From Bacteroidales bacterium (GTDB taxonomy: Bacteria; Bacteroidota; Bacteroidia; Bacteroidales; JAAUTT01), in NCBI GenBank assembly GCA_036261135.1, contig DATALJ010000108.1, forward strand, positions 15,971-79,970: 64,000 nt of DNA, in the 5' to 3' direction. A model generated the notes under the pieces. That model searched no databases. It saw only the letters and a program-made list of their open reading frames with translations, and was not told the origin of the DNA. Position 1 is the first letter of the stretch, and every line of letters begins with the position of its first letter. This document shows, in pieces, positions 56,062-64,000 of the stretch. The position numbers and the translations under genes are program-made.

Positions 56062-57330
56062 TTATCCTAATGCCCATTGTTGCAATATAAACATCATTGA
56101 TCCGCCCAAAAACCCAAAAAATGCGAGCCAACTAATGTTTTTCATATACCAGCCAAATGAAATTTTTTCAATGCCCATAACTGCCACGCCAGCCGCTGAA
56201 CCTATAATAATAGCACTGCCGCCGGTTCCTGTAGACAAGGCAAGAAATTGCCAGAAATTATGATCGGTAGGATACATATCCATGCTAAACATGCCTTGTG
56301 CAGCAGCAACAAGAGGTACATTATCCACTATAGCCGAAAGAATCCCAAGTATGCCCCCGATAAGATATTGGTTATTGACATGTGCTACTGCAAACTGAGC
56401 CAGGTCTCCCAGTATGTTGAAGGCCTGAAGCGCCGAAACCGCCAATAAAATACCTAAGAAGAACAAAATACTTGAATTGTCAATTTTATGCAGAGCATTC
56501 GTTACAGAGTATTTGTACCTTTCCTCAGGATGTTTTCGGAAATGAATAATGCTGCTTACAAACCAGATGATACCTAAAGACAACAGCATACCCATAAAAG
56601 GCGGCATGTGCGTAATGGTTTTAAAGACAGGAACAAACACAAGCAGCAATACGCCTGTAATTAACATGATTATACTTTCAACAGGATGCTTTATTTGCTG
56701 TTTGGAGGCGCTTTCGATGTGCTGACCACGAAACCTGGCCATCAGTATCAATAAAGGCACAACGGCAACTACAATGCTAGGCAAAAAAGTATTTAATACG
56801 ATTTTGGAGGCTGTAATCTGTTCCCCAATCCAAAGCATGGTTGTGGTAACATCACCCAAAGGCGACCAAGCTCCACCGGCATTTGCAGCAATAATAACCA
56901 TTGAAACAAACCATAAACGGTCACTTTTATCCGTTAGTAACTTGCGACATAAAGATGTCATCACAATGGCCGTAGTCAGGTTATCTAAAATGGCTGATAA
57001 AAAGAAAGTAAACGAAGTTACGATGATCAAAAGCTTAGATTTAGAGCGTGTTTGAATAGCATCCGTAATAACACTGAAACCATTGTGGGAGTCTACAACT
57101 TCAACAATGGTCATTGCGCCCATAAGAAAAAACAGAATAGTTGCAATTTCGCCCATATGATGCATTAACAGCTCTTCTGACTCAGCCGCTGATGGACCAC
57201 TGAAGAAATAAAGTGTCCAGCACTGGATACCAATTACAAGTGCCATTCCTGCTTTATCTACTTTCGTGTTATGTTCTAAAGCTATACCAATATAGCCCAA
57301 TACAAATATTACAATTGTTACAGTAATCAT
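56062..57330 (-). CDS. nhaD: NhaD-family Na+/H+ antiporter (ArsB/NhaD permease superfamily)
   Basis: 422 aa, polytopic. The N-terminus VLGYIGIALEHNTKVDKAGMAL and the overall layout resemble NhaD. Confidence 0.65.
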   Translation of the reverse strand: MITVTIVIFVLGYIGIALEHNTKVDKAGMALVIGIQCWTLYFFSGPSAAESEELLMHHMGEIATILFFLMGAMTIVEVVDSHNGFSVITDAIQTRSKSKLLIIVTSFTFFLSAILDNLTTAIVMTSLCRKLLTDKSDRLWFVSMVIIAANAGGAWSPLGDVTTTMLWIGEQITASKIVLNTFLPSIVVAVVPLLILMARFRGQHIESASKQQIKHPVESIIMLITGVLLLVFVPVFKTITHMPPFMGMLLSLGIIWFVSSIIHFRKHPEERYKYSVTNALHKIDNSSILFFLGILLAVSALQAFNILGDLAQFAVAHVNNQYLIGGILGILSAIVDNVPLVAAAQGMFSMDMYPTDHNFWQFLALSTGTGGSAIIIGSAAGVAVMGIEKISFGWYMKNISWLAFFGFLGGSMMFILQQWALG

Positions 57331-57406
57331 TGTTTCTAGTATTTAAAGGCCAAAAATATTATTTTAAACTTCATGCTGAAATGTTGCGGGAAAATTTAAT
57401 AACATT

Positions 57407-59005
57407 TTAATGTACTAATTGCCTGTATTTTAATTTAAGATCAAGATACACCCCGTTGGTCCACCCAAAACCATCCTGATTAGGGTATTCGCCATTGCTT
57501 GGCGAGAGTGTTGTATCCACTACATTGTACTTTTCGACCATTTTATGTGTTTTGCTGAAGTATGATTCGTTCAGTGTTAACCATCTGTTTTCTACCGTAT
57601 CTGCAAGTCCGTTGTATTCATAATTACGTAACCCTTGAATAGAAATCCATTGCAGCGGAGCCCATCCGTTGGGTGCGTCCCACTGTTGACCTGAGCGTAT
57701 TAACGTGGTTACCAACCCGCCATACTTAAGAAACCGGCTACGAACAACTTGTGTAACCTTGGCGGCTTGAGAGGAATCTGCAAGCCCCATAAACAAAGGA
57801 AACATCGCTGCAAGTGTGTATCTTCCGGATGTTTTATGGTATTTCAAATGATAATCGAAATAAAAGCCCGCCTCTTCATCCCAGAAATAGGTATTAATTA
57901 ATGTTTTTCGCATTTGCGCGATCAATGCATATTTTGCAGCTTTGTATTTGTCCTTTTTTAGATTGTAAGCTTTACTCAGCGTTTTTTCGAGATGATAAAG
58001 CAAGCAATTCAAGTCGACAGGAAGAATGTCAAGCGTAGAAGTAGTTGCCAGATTGGTAGTGTCAGCCATCCAGCGCGACGAAAAGTCCCATCCAGACTCC
58101 GCAGCGGTTCGGATATTCCGGTAGAAAACGCCCTCGTTGTATATGATGTGCCTGTTTTGATTATACGTTTGAACGTCGGCATGGAACATTTCAACCCTGG
58201 GTTCATAATTATTGTCGTAATACCGGTGCAAAAATGCTGTATCGTCTAATATAACCGAGTGCTTATGAAGTGTTTTCCCGCCCGTGTATTCAGTCCAGTA
58301 GGCATATTCTTTCTCCATAGCTGGTAAAAAGTGCAAATACATTGAGTCTCCTGCTACCTGGGCATTCATCTCAACAATAAGCGAGAAGAAGGGCGGCTGC
58401 GAGCGCGACAGATAATAGCTTCGGTTGCCATTAGGCATAAATCCGAATTTATGAATGAGGTAAGCCATGTTTTCCGTGACCGTGTAAACCACGTCATTCC
58501 TTTTCAGGGCTTTATATCCCAGCAAAGTAAAATACGTATCCCAATAGTAAATCTCACGGAAACGGCCACCAGGAATCACAAAATCGTTGGGCAGCGGGAT
58601 GAGCGAAGAATTCTCTGGCTGTTTATCGCTTTGTACAAGCAGAGCATTAAACACATCCTTAACATGTTCAAGAATATGGGTACTGTGAGGAACTGAGTCG
58701 ATATATAATCCAGGAAGATCAAAGTGCGCCAGCACAAAGTCTTTTAATTCTTCCGGCTTATGCGCAATGTTCCAGAACCGATATTTGAAATTAATGCGCC
58801 ATGGAGCCATTTTCGGCACACAATCGGCGAAAGTTTTATCGTCGGGGAAAACCTGGCGGTACTGAACATCGCGGAATAAACGTGGGAAAGCCCTTTCAGG
58901 GTAAATAAATTTATCGCTGGGGCCACTACAAAGGACAAATAACAAGAGAACAACCGGAATAACCCATGCAATATGCTTTACAACTTTCACTTTTTTCATT
59001 TCCAA
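57407..59005 (-). CDS. treA: alpha,alpha-trehalase (GH37), secreted/lipoprotein
   Basis: Trehalase signature 1 PGGRFREIYYWDTYF and signature 2 region QWDAPNGWAPLQ. N-terminal signal sequence with LFVLC. Confidence 0.9.
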   Translation of the reverse strand: MEMKKVKVVKHIAWVIPVVLLLFVLCSGPSDKFIYPERAFPRLFRDVQYRQVFPDDKTFADCVPKMAPWRINFKYRFWNIAHKPEELKDFVLAHFDLPGLYIDSVPHSTHILEHVKDVFNALLVQSDKQPENSSLIPLPNDFVIPGGRFREIYYWDTYFTLLGYKALKRNDVVYTVTENMAYLIHKFGFMPNGNRSYYLSRSQPPFFSLIVEMNAQVAGDSMYLHFLPAMEKEYAYWTEYTGGKTLHKHSVILDDTAFLHRYYDNNYEPRVEMFHADVQTYNQNRHIIYNEGVFYRNIRTAAESGWDFSSRWMADTTNLATTSTLDILPVDLNCLLYHLEKTLSKAYNLKKDKYKAAKYALIAQMRKTLINTYFWDEEAGFYFDYHLKYHKTSGRYTLAAMFPLFMGLADSSQAAKVTQVVRSRFLKYGGLVTTLIRSGQQWDAPNGWAPLQWISIQGLRNYEYNGLADTVENRWLTLNESYFSKTHKMVEKYNVVDTTLSPSNGEYPNQDGFGWTNGVYLDLKLKYRQLVH

Positions 59006-59143
59006 AGTATTAACAGCTATTCCAATCTTTAAAACGTTTTCACAGGTTTATTGTTTATTCTTCTCAATTACCATTTCATTGACTATGGCGTATTTGTGAC
59101 CATATTTTTCTTGTATCAATTTTTCGTTTACTTTTACAACATC

Positions 59144-59521
59144 ATGATAAAGATTCTTCTCATCATAGGCACAGGCAGCTTTGTAGGAGGTATTTCGCGG
59201 TTTCTGGCTTCCAGATTCGTGCAAAACACCGTGATATCTGCTTTTCCTTATGGAACATTTGTTGTAAACATACTCGGATGCTTTCTTATTGGCTTGTTTT
59301 ACGGTATATCGGAACGTGGCAGTATAATGAGCAATGAATGGCGTATATTCCTCACCGTTGGTTTCTGTGGCGGCTTTACAACCTTCTCTACCTTCGCCAA
59401 TGAGAATCTGGCATTACTCAAAGACGGAAGCTTCTTCCATTTTGCGCTGTATACCAGTTTGAGCGTTTTTATTGGTCTTATGGCCACCTATCTGGGCAAT
59501 TTAACCACCAAAATATTTTAG
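59144..59521 (+). CDS. crcB: fluoride ion channel CrcB (Fluc)
   Basis: MIKILLIIGTGSFVGGISRF... and ...GFCGGFTTFSTF are typical of CrcB. The start at ATG 59144 is preferred over 59051. Confidence 0.9.
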   Translation: MIKILLIIGTGSFVGGISRFLASRFVQNTVISAFPYGTFVVNILGCFLIGLFYGISERGSIMSNEWRIFLTVGFCGGFTTFSTFANENLALLKDGSFFHFALYTSLSVFIGLMATYLGNLTTKIF

Positions 59522-59523
59522 TT

Positions 59524-59877
59524 ATGGAAATAAAAGGAGAAGCGAAGCTATTACGCATTTTCATTAGCAATACCGACAATTTCAAACATACCCCACTGTA
59601 CGAAACCATTGTTTATGCGGCTAAGCGATATGGTATGGCCGGAGCAACAGTTCTAAAAGGCACCATGGGATTTGGCTCCAGCAATATAGTGCGTTCGGCA
59701 AAATTCTGGGAACTCACCGAAAAGCTCCCCTTAGTGATTGAAATTATTGATGAAGCCGACAAAATCGACAAATTCACAGAAAAGATTCTTCCCTGGTTTG
59801 ACAAACTGCGGTACGGATGTATGATTACCGTTGAAAAAGCAAATATAGTGCTGTATAAGAAGGGGACAAAAGCATAA
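59524..59877 (+). CDS. DUF190 domain protein (PII-like, commonly crcB-associated)
   Basis: 117 aa with KLLRIFISNTDNFKHTPLYETIVYAAKRYGMAGATVLKGTMGFG, matching the DUF190 pattern. Starts 2 nt after crcB. Confidence 0.8.
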   Translation: MEIKGEAKLLRIFISNTDNFKHTPLYETIVYAAKRYGMAGATVLKGTMGFGSSNIVRSAKFWELTEKLPLVIEIIDEADKIDKFTEKILPWFDKLRYGCMITVEKANIVLYKKGTKA

Positions 59878-59927
59878 ATATCCCTGGCATCCTGCATTAC
59901 CAAGAAAAAGGTTGAAAACCGTTTTGT

Positions 59928-59953
59928 GCTTAGGAAAAAATAATTTCCTAAGC
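59928..59953. terminator. stem-loop between convergent genes
   Basis: GCTTAGGAAA-6nt-TTTCCTAAGC is a perfect 10-bp stem. Confidence 0.5.
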
Positions 59954-59980
59954 AGCGGAGAAAATTTTCCTAGTTAAGAA

Positions 59981-60010
59981 ATTTTAATTTTCTGCTTAGA
60001 AAATTAAAAT
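59981..60010. terminator. AT-rich stem-loop between convergent genes
   Basis: ATTTTAATTTTCT-GCTT-AGAAAATTAAAAT is a perfect 13-bp stem. Confidence 0.45.
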
Positions 60011-60087
60011 CCCCTAGCTATCTGTTTCTTCTTTCATAAGTACTCAAAGACGCCATTTTTTTTCTCTGAAGATTGTACAATTGATTA

Positions 60088-61146
60088 TTACTGCTTCAAA
60101 TAAGCTATGGCACTCTCCAGTACCCTGTCATTTGAGGCGGCGATATCATCTTTGGTGTTTTCAACCCATATATCGGGAACAATTCCGATTCCTTCAGGAC
60201 ATTTGCCATCGGGCGTTGTTGTGAGTGTGCATGGGTAGCGGAATGTCCATCCATTGGGCATTTGCGCCATATTGGTCACTTCACCGAACTCACCAAAGGT
60301 TGTATCGCCGATATGCTTTGTATAAGGAAGATTTTTAAAAATCTGAGTAAAGTATTCGCCGCCACTGCCGGTAAACCGGTTGGTAAGCAAAGCAATCTTC
60401 TTTGTAAAGGGAACTATTCCCGAACGCGGACTAACGGAAACAGGCAACTTCTCCCCCAGATCATTATGCTTGGCGCCTGTTTTTCGCTGAGAGTACAAGT
60501 AAGTTATGGGATGATCGATAAACGCGGCAGCAATGGTGTTTTCGTTTACAATCAATCCCCCGCCATTATTGCGTAAATCGATGATCATGGCATCACAATT
60601 CTTGAGCGCTGCAATGGCTTTGTCGATATCGAAGGCCCAATTACTCATGCTTCCTGTCGAGCCCGCAAAGGACGCTATATGGATATAACCCATTCTTTCA
60701 TTTCGTACCAGCCCATATGTAATATAGCCCTCTCCAATGGTTTTTGGATTATCGATAAATTTCGACCTCACCAGATTAAGGCTGAAGTCATCTGGCACTC
60801 TTGTGCGGACGAGTTTACTTGCACTTACAACTTTTGTAGCTCCTTTGTTGAATATATTCACATGACCATCGTCAAGGTTCAAAATCAGATCGGAGGCTAT
60901 GTTCCACAATTCTGCGTCGGTAGTTGTGCTATTTATTTTGCTGCTATAAACCACATACAACGAATCCCAGTTTGCATGACGGACTTCAAACTGAGCATAG
61001 TTCTCGTCGAGCGTTTTCCAAAGCACATCGAAATTACCCTTGGGCGTATTCTCAGGTTCTTTTCCTATCAGCATCTTGTCGCAACTCCCGAAAAGAAGCG
61101 GAATTACCATGAAAACAAAAAGTATCGTGTTTCTCATTTCTTCCAT
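60088..61146 (-). CDS. S41-family peptidase (tail-specific protease-like)
   Basis: Motif MIIDLRNNGGGLI and ...LTNRFTGSGGEYF are typical of S41. N-terminal signal/lipobox-like LLFGSC. Confidence 0.8.
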   Translation of the reverse strand: MEEMRNTILFVFMVIPLLFGSCDKMLIGKEPENTPKGNFDVLWKTLDENYAQFEVRHANWDSLYVVYSSKINSTTTDAELWNIASDLILNLDDGHVNIFNKGATKVVSASKLVRTRVPDDFSLNLVRSKFIDNPKTIGEGYITYGLVRNERMGYIHIASFAGSTGSMSNWAFDIDKAIAALKNCDAMIIDLRNNGGGLIVNENTIAAAFIDHPITYLYSQRKTGAKHNDLGEKLPVSVSPRSGIVPFTKKIALLTNRFTGSGGEYFTQIFKNLPYTKHIGDTTFGEFGEVTNMAQMPNGWTFRYPCTLTTTPDGKCPEGIGIVPDIWVENTKDDIAASNDRVLESAIAYLKQ

Positions 61147-61941
61147 TTAAAAGCAATAAAACAAACCAATTCTAAAGGCATTGGAATACATTTTCAATTC
61201 AACAGGTTTCGTATATTTTACATGCTGAAATTCATAGCTCAATTGCAGATTAAACTTCTCTGCAAGCAATGTTTGAAAGGCTATATGGGCATTGAATGAA
61301 AGATTATCCGTTAAGAATACCGTTTTGCCAAACGTTTTCATATCCCAGCTGTTTGTGGTATAGTTGTAATCGCCACTCGGTGAATATTCCGGTCGGGAAA
61401 CATTACTGATCAAAGGAATAAACAACCTTGCTGTTATAAATTTGCGGGAAGCAAAGGAATATTCAACCTGCGAAGCCAGATCGAACGAATGACTCCAGTA
61501 CCAAGAAGTTATTGCCCGCACATTGGGAATGGTTAAATACGTGTAGCTATAATCGGACCGATTGAAAAACGATTGAATGGAACCTCCGGCGTATATATGA
61601 AGCCTTTCATTGCTACGAAATAAATTAGTCATTAACGCATACCTGACTCTTCCGGCGTAATGCTGTGTGGTGAAGTTATCGGGCAAAGCTTTGAGCTTGT
61701 TATACGCAAAAGACACCTCTGCAAAGTGAATATAGACGTCCGATTGGTGTATAAATTGAAGCGACGGAGCAATGCCATTGCTTCTATAAATCAATGGTGA
61801 TGCATGCTGATCCTGTAAATGAAGATTGCTGCCACCAAAACAAATTCCCAAATAGTTGAGGGCACTCTGTGCTAAAACATTACATGAATTCCAAACCAAA
61901 ACAGCAATAAGAGCAAGCGATACAAACGTTTTACGTGTCAT
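61147..61941 (-). CDS. hypothetical outer-membrane beta-barrel-like protein
   Basis: Signal peptide MTRKTFVSLALIAVLVWNSCNVLAQ, Tyr/Ser-rich strand pattern and a C-terminal RIGLFYCF. Its stop directly abuts the S41 start. Confidence 0.45.
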   Translation of the reverse strand: MTRKTFVSLALIAVLVWNSCNVLAQSALNYLGICFGGSNLHLQDQHASPLIYRSNGIAPSLQFIHQSDVYIHFAEVSFAYNKLKALPDNFTTQHYAGRVRYALMTNLFRSNERLHIYAGGSIQSFFNRSDYSYTYLTIPNVRAITSWYWSHSFDLASQVEYSFASRKFITARLFIPLISNVSRPEYSPSGDYNYTTNSWDMKTFGKTVFLTDNLSFNAHIAFQTLLAEKFNLQLSYEFQHVKYTKPVELKMYSNAFRIGLFYCF

Positions 61942-62155
61942 GGAGGCAAATTAAGATAATTGCTAGCGGCTATTTGAAGCTATGTGCCAAAGGTATAATT
62001 ATTTAAGATATCGCAAAATGATTGATACTATAATTAATAGATTAAACAAAAGACCATCGCAAGTCAAAGCTATTAGCTCGTGACTCTCATTATGGAATTC
62101 ACACTTTCTTAAAAAGTTCCAACAAATTATTTTCGCATCCTAGCATGGTTTGTAT

Positions 62156-62163
62156 TATATTTG
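62156..62163 (+). promoter_or_regulatory. candidate Bacteroides-type -7 box TATATTTG
   Basis: Matches TAnnTTTG, 35 nt upstream of the ATG at 62199. It lies inside the longer ORF-track call, which argues against the 62145 start. Confidence 0.45.
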
Positions 62164-62198
62164 TCGCCGAAAATAATTCAAATCCAAATTATAATTAT

Positions 62199-62891
62199 AT
62201 GAGTTTCACACACGAAGTTGAAGGAATGATCTGCCTTGCCCAAGGCGCGAATCATGGCCCTGCCCCAATTCCCGAAGAAGGTCGTTGGGTAAAGGCAAAA
62301 GAAGTTAAAGATATCTCGGGGTTGACCCACGGTGTTGGCTGGTGTGCTCCACAACAAGGCGCTTGCAAGCTCACATTAAACGTAAAAGACGGTATTATCC
62401 AGGAAGCATTGGTAGAAACTATCGGTTGCACCGGTATGACTCACTCTGCTGCTATGGCTGCCGAAATTCTACCCAACAAAACCATTCTCGAAGCATTGAA
62501 CACTGACTTGGTTTGCGATGCAATCAACACAGCAATGCGCGAATTATTCCTGCAAATCGTTTACGGACGTACACAAACTGCATTCTCTGAAGGCGGTCTG
62601 CCTATTGGTGCTGGTCTCGAAGACTTAGGTAAAGGCCTTCGTGGTGTTACCGGTACATTGTATGGAACATCGGCTAAAGGTCCTCGCTACCTCGAAATGG
62701 CCGAAGGTTATATCACCAAAATCGGTATCGACAAAGACAACGAAATTATCGGTTACGAATTCGTTAGCCTTGGCCGTATGATGGATATGATCAAAACCGG
62801 TATGGATGCTAATGAAGCATTAAAGAAAGCATCTGGCAAATATGGCCGTATAGAAGATGCAGTAAAAGTTATTGACCCACGTAAAGAATAG
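62199..62891 (+). CDS. NifU/IscU-N-terminal-like protein with a ~100-aa C-terminal extension
   Basis: Three Cys contexts parallel IscU: GVGWCAPQQGAC, ETIGCTGMTHSAAMAAEIL and DLVCDAINTAM. A Gly-rich extension follows. Confidence 0.65.
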   Translation: MSFTHEVEGMICLAQGANHGPAPIPEEGRWVKAKEVKDISGLTHGVGWCAPQQGACKLTLNVKDGIIQEALVETIGCTGMTHSAAMAAEILPNKTILEALNTDLVCDAINTAMRELFLQIVYGRTQTAFSEGGLPIGAGLEDLGKGLRGVTGTLYGTSAKGPRYLEMAEGYITKIGIDKDNEIIGYEFVSLGRMMDMIKTGMDANEALKKASGKYGRIEDAVKVIDPRKE

Positions 62892-62903
62892 GAGGAACTG
62901 AAG

Positions 62904-63908
62904 ATGTCACAAAACGCACAATTATTCGAAAGCTACGGCCGCCGTATTAACCAAATCAACAAAGTCCTCAATTCTTACGGAATTTCTTCAATTGAAGAAG
63001 CTAAAAAGATTTGCGACGACAAAGGTGTTGACGTTTACAAGATTGTAAAAGACATTCAACCTATTGCATTTGAAAACGCAATGTGGGCTTACATTACAGG
63101 CGCTGCTATTGCTATCAAAAAAGGTCAGAAGAATGCTGCTGAAATCGCTGAAACATTAGGCGAAGGCTTACAGGCTTTCTGTATCCCTGGCTCAGTAGCC
63201 GACGACCGTAAGGTAGGTCTTGGCCATGGTAACCTCGCGGCGATGTTGCTTCGCGAAGAAACCAAATGTTTCGCATTCCTCGCTGGTCACGAATCATTCG
63301 CTGCTGCCGAAGGTGCTATTGGTATTGCTAAATCGGCAAACAAAGTACGTAAAGAACCACTCCGCGTTATTCTTAACGGTTTAGGTAAGGACGCAGCTAA
63401 GATCATTGCTCGTATAAACGGCTTTACTTATGTTCAAACCCAGTTCGACTATGCTACCGGCGAAGTAAAAGAAGTAAAACGTACAGCTTACTCAACCGGC
63501 GACCGTGCTAAGGTTAACTGCTATGGTGCTGACGATGTTCGCGAAGGTGTTGCTATTTTCCACAAGGAAGGTGTAGACGTATCGATTACCGGTAACTCTA
63601 CCAACCCTACCCGCTTCCAACACCCTGTAGCTGGTACTTACAAGAAAGAATGTATCGAACAAGGCAAGAAATACTTCTCTGTAGCTTCTGGTGGCGGTAC
63701 AGGACGTACATTACATCCTGATAACATGGCTGCTGGTCCTGCTTCGTATGGTATGACTGATACAATGGGTCGCATGCACTCTGATGCTCAGTTTGCCGGT
63801 TCTTCTTCAGTTCCTGCTCACGTTGAAATGATGGGTCTTATCGGTATGGGTAACAACCCAATGGTAGGCGCATCTGTAGCTGTAGCTGTAGCATTATCTC
63901 AGGCTTAA
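62904..63908 (+). CDS. GGGtGRT-family protein (function unknown)
   Basis: 334 aa containing the name-giving motif SVASGGGTGRTLHPDNMAAGPASYGMTD and a C-terminal GMGNNPMVGASVAVAVA. Confidence 0.8.
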   Translation: MSQNAQLFESYGRRINQINKVLNSYGISSIEEAKKICDDKGVDVYKIVKDIQPIAFENAMWAYITGAAIAIKKGQKNAAEIAETLGEGLQAFCIPGSVADDRKVGLGHGNLAAMLLREETKCFAFLAGHESFAAAEGAIGIAKSANKVRKEPLRVILNGLGKDAAKIIARINGFTYVQTQFDYATGEVKEVKRTAYSTGDRAKVNCYGADDVREGVAIFHKEGVDVSITGNSTNPTRFQHPVAGTYKKECIEQGKKYFSVASGGGTGRTLHPDNMAAGPASYGMTDTMGRMHSDAQFAGSSSVPAHVEMMGLIGMGNNPMVGASVAVAVALSQA

Positions 63909-63942
63909 ATAATACACATAGTAAACACGGAGGCACTGAGGC

Positions 63943-63971
63943 ACGGAGATCATCCGGCTCTTTGTCTCCGT
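63943..63971 (+). terminator. stem-loop followed by a T-rich run
   Basis: ACGGAGA-15nt-TCTCCGT followed by TTTATTTGT. Confidence 0.5.
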
Positions 63972-64000
63972 TTTATTTGTACCAACTGTCTTCCAAGTAA

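Noticed and set aside
45007-59005. An 'osmoadaptation island' linking the cation/proton antiporter, GH15, NhaD and GH37 trehalase
   Set aside because: The genes are on different strands, separated by the heme/TonB cluster, and show no operon structure. The thematic similarity alone is not enough evidence.
59006-59143. Fluoride riboswitch (crcB motif RNA) upstream of crcB
   Set aside because: I looked for the conserved GGCGAUG...CCGCC...CUGAUGA-type elements and did not see them in this AT-rich leader. A covariance-model scan (Rfam RF01734) would be decisive.
1-64000. Mobile genetic elements, prophage, defence islands, tRNA/rRNA genes
   Set aside because: No integrase, transposase, phage structural, restriction-modification, toxin-antitoxin or Cas-like ORFs were recognised, and no tRNA-like cloverleaf or rRNA-like sequence was seen by eye. 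Only small non-coding repeat elements were found.

Overview
This 64-kb chromosomal segment looks like a Bacteroidota genome. The evidence is a giant secreted protein with a T9SS C-terminal sorting domain, a TonB-dependent receptor, several small outer-membrane beta-barrels ending in F, TAnnTTTG-type -7 boxes and almost no Shine-Dalgarno sites. I recognised no rRNA, tRNA, CRISPR array, transposase, integrase or obvious defence genes. Content from left to right: (1) a stress-type cluster with two OM barrels, an HMBD metal-binding protein, Usp, an AI-2E transporter, a cupin-like protein, YtxH and an uncalled 51-aa lmo0937-like ORF. (2) A VOC protein. (3) A TetR-TolC-MFP-RND efflux operon with a repeated palindromic operator candidate. 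(4) A 1330-aa T9SS cargo protein built from 4 MAM/choice-of-anchor-J-like modules and 6 PKD domains, preceded by a 21-bp periodic repeat array. (5) rsgA, an OM barrel and fabH. (6) A 9.3-kb seven-gene Hyf/complex-I-like operon. (7) A divergent SatD-like regulator. (8) A Tat-signal TldD plus PmbA pair. (9) An XRE-cupin regulator plus an acyl-CoA synthetase. (10) A hybrid sensor kinase. (11) A DUF6660-like protein, a CzcA::OMF fusion and a CzcB metal efflux adaptor. (12) A cation/proton antiporter and a GH15 hydrolase. (13) A hemH / hemY-hemN-MFS-TonB receptor cluster. (14) nhaD, a GH37 trehalase, crcB-DUF190, and an S41 peptidase with a barrel protein. (15) A NifU-like plus GGGtGRT pair. The best candidate for an undescribed system is the Hyf-like operon at 20233-29568. 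It has the gene content of hydrogenase-4/complex I. However, its large subunit has no CxxC motif at all, and its small subunit lacks three of the four proximal-cluster cysteines. It therefore cannot be a canonical [NiFe] hydrogenase. Other items worth a second look are the in-frame CzcA-outer-membrane-factor fusion with an internal signal peptide, the NifU-like/GGGtGRT pair with an unusually strong SD, the 21-bp phased repeat array, a REP/MITE-like hairpin family (4 copies), a nested inverted repeat inside the heme cluster, and the Tat-exported TldD/PmbA pair. All family calls come from reading motifs by eye; no database search was run.
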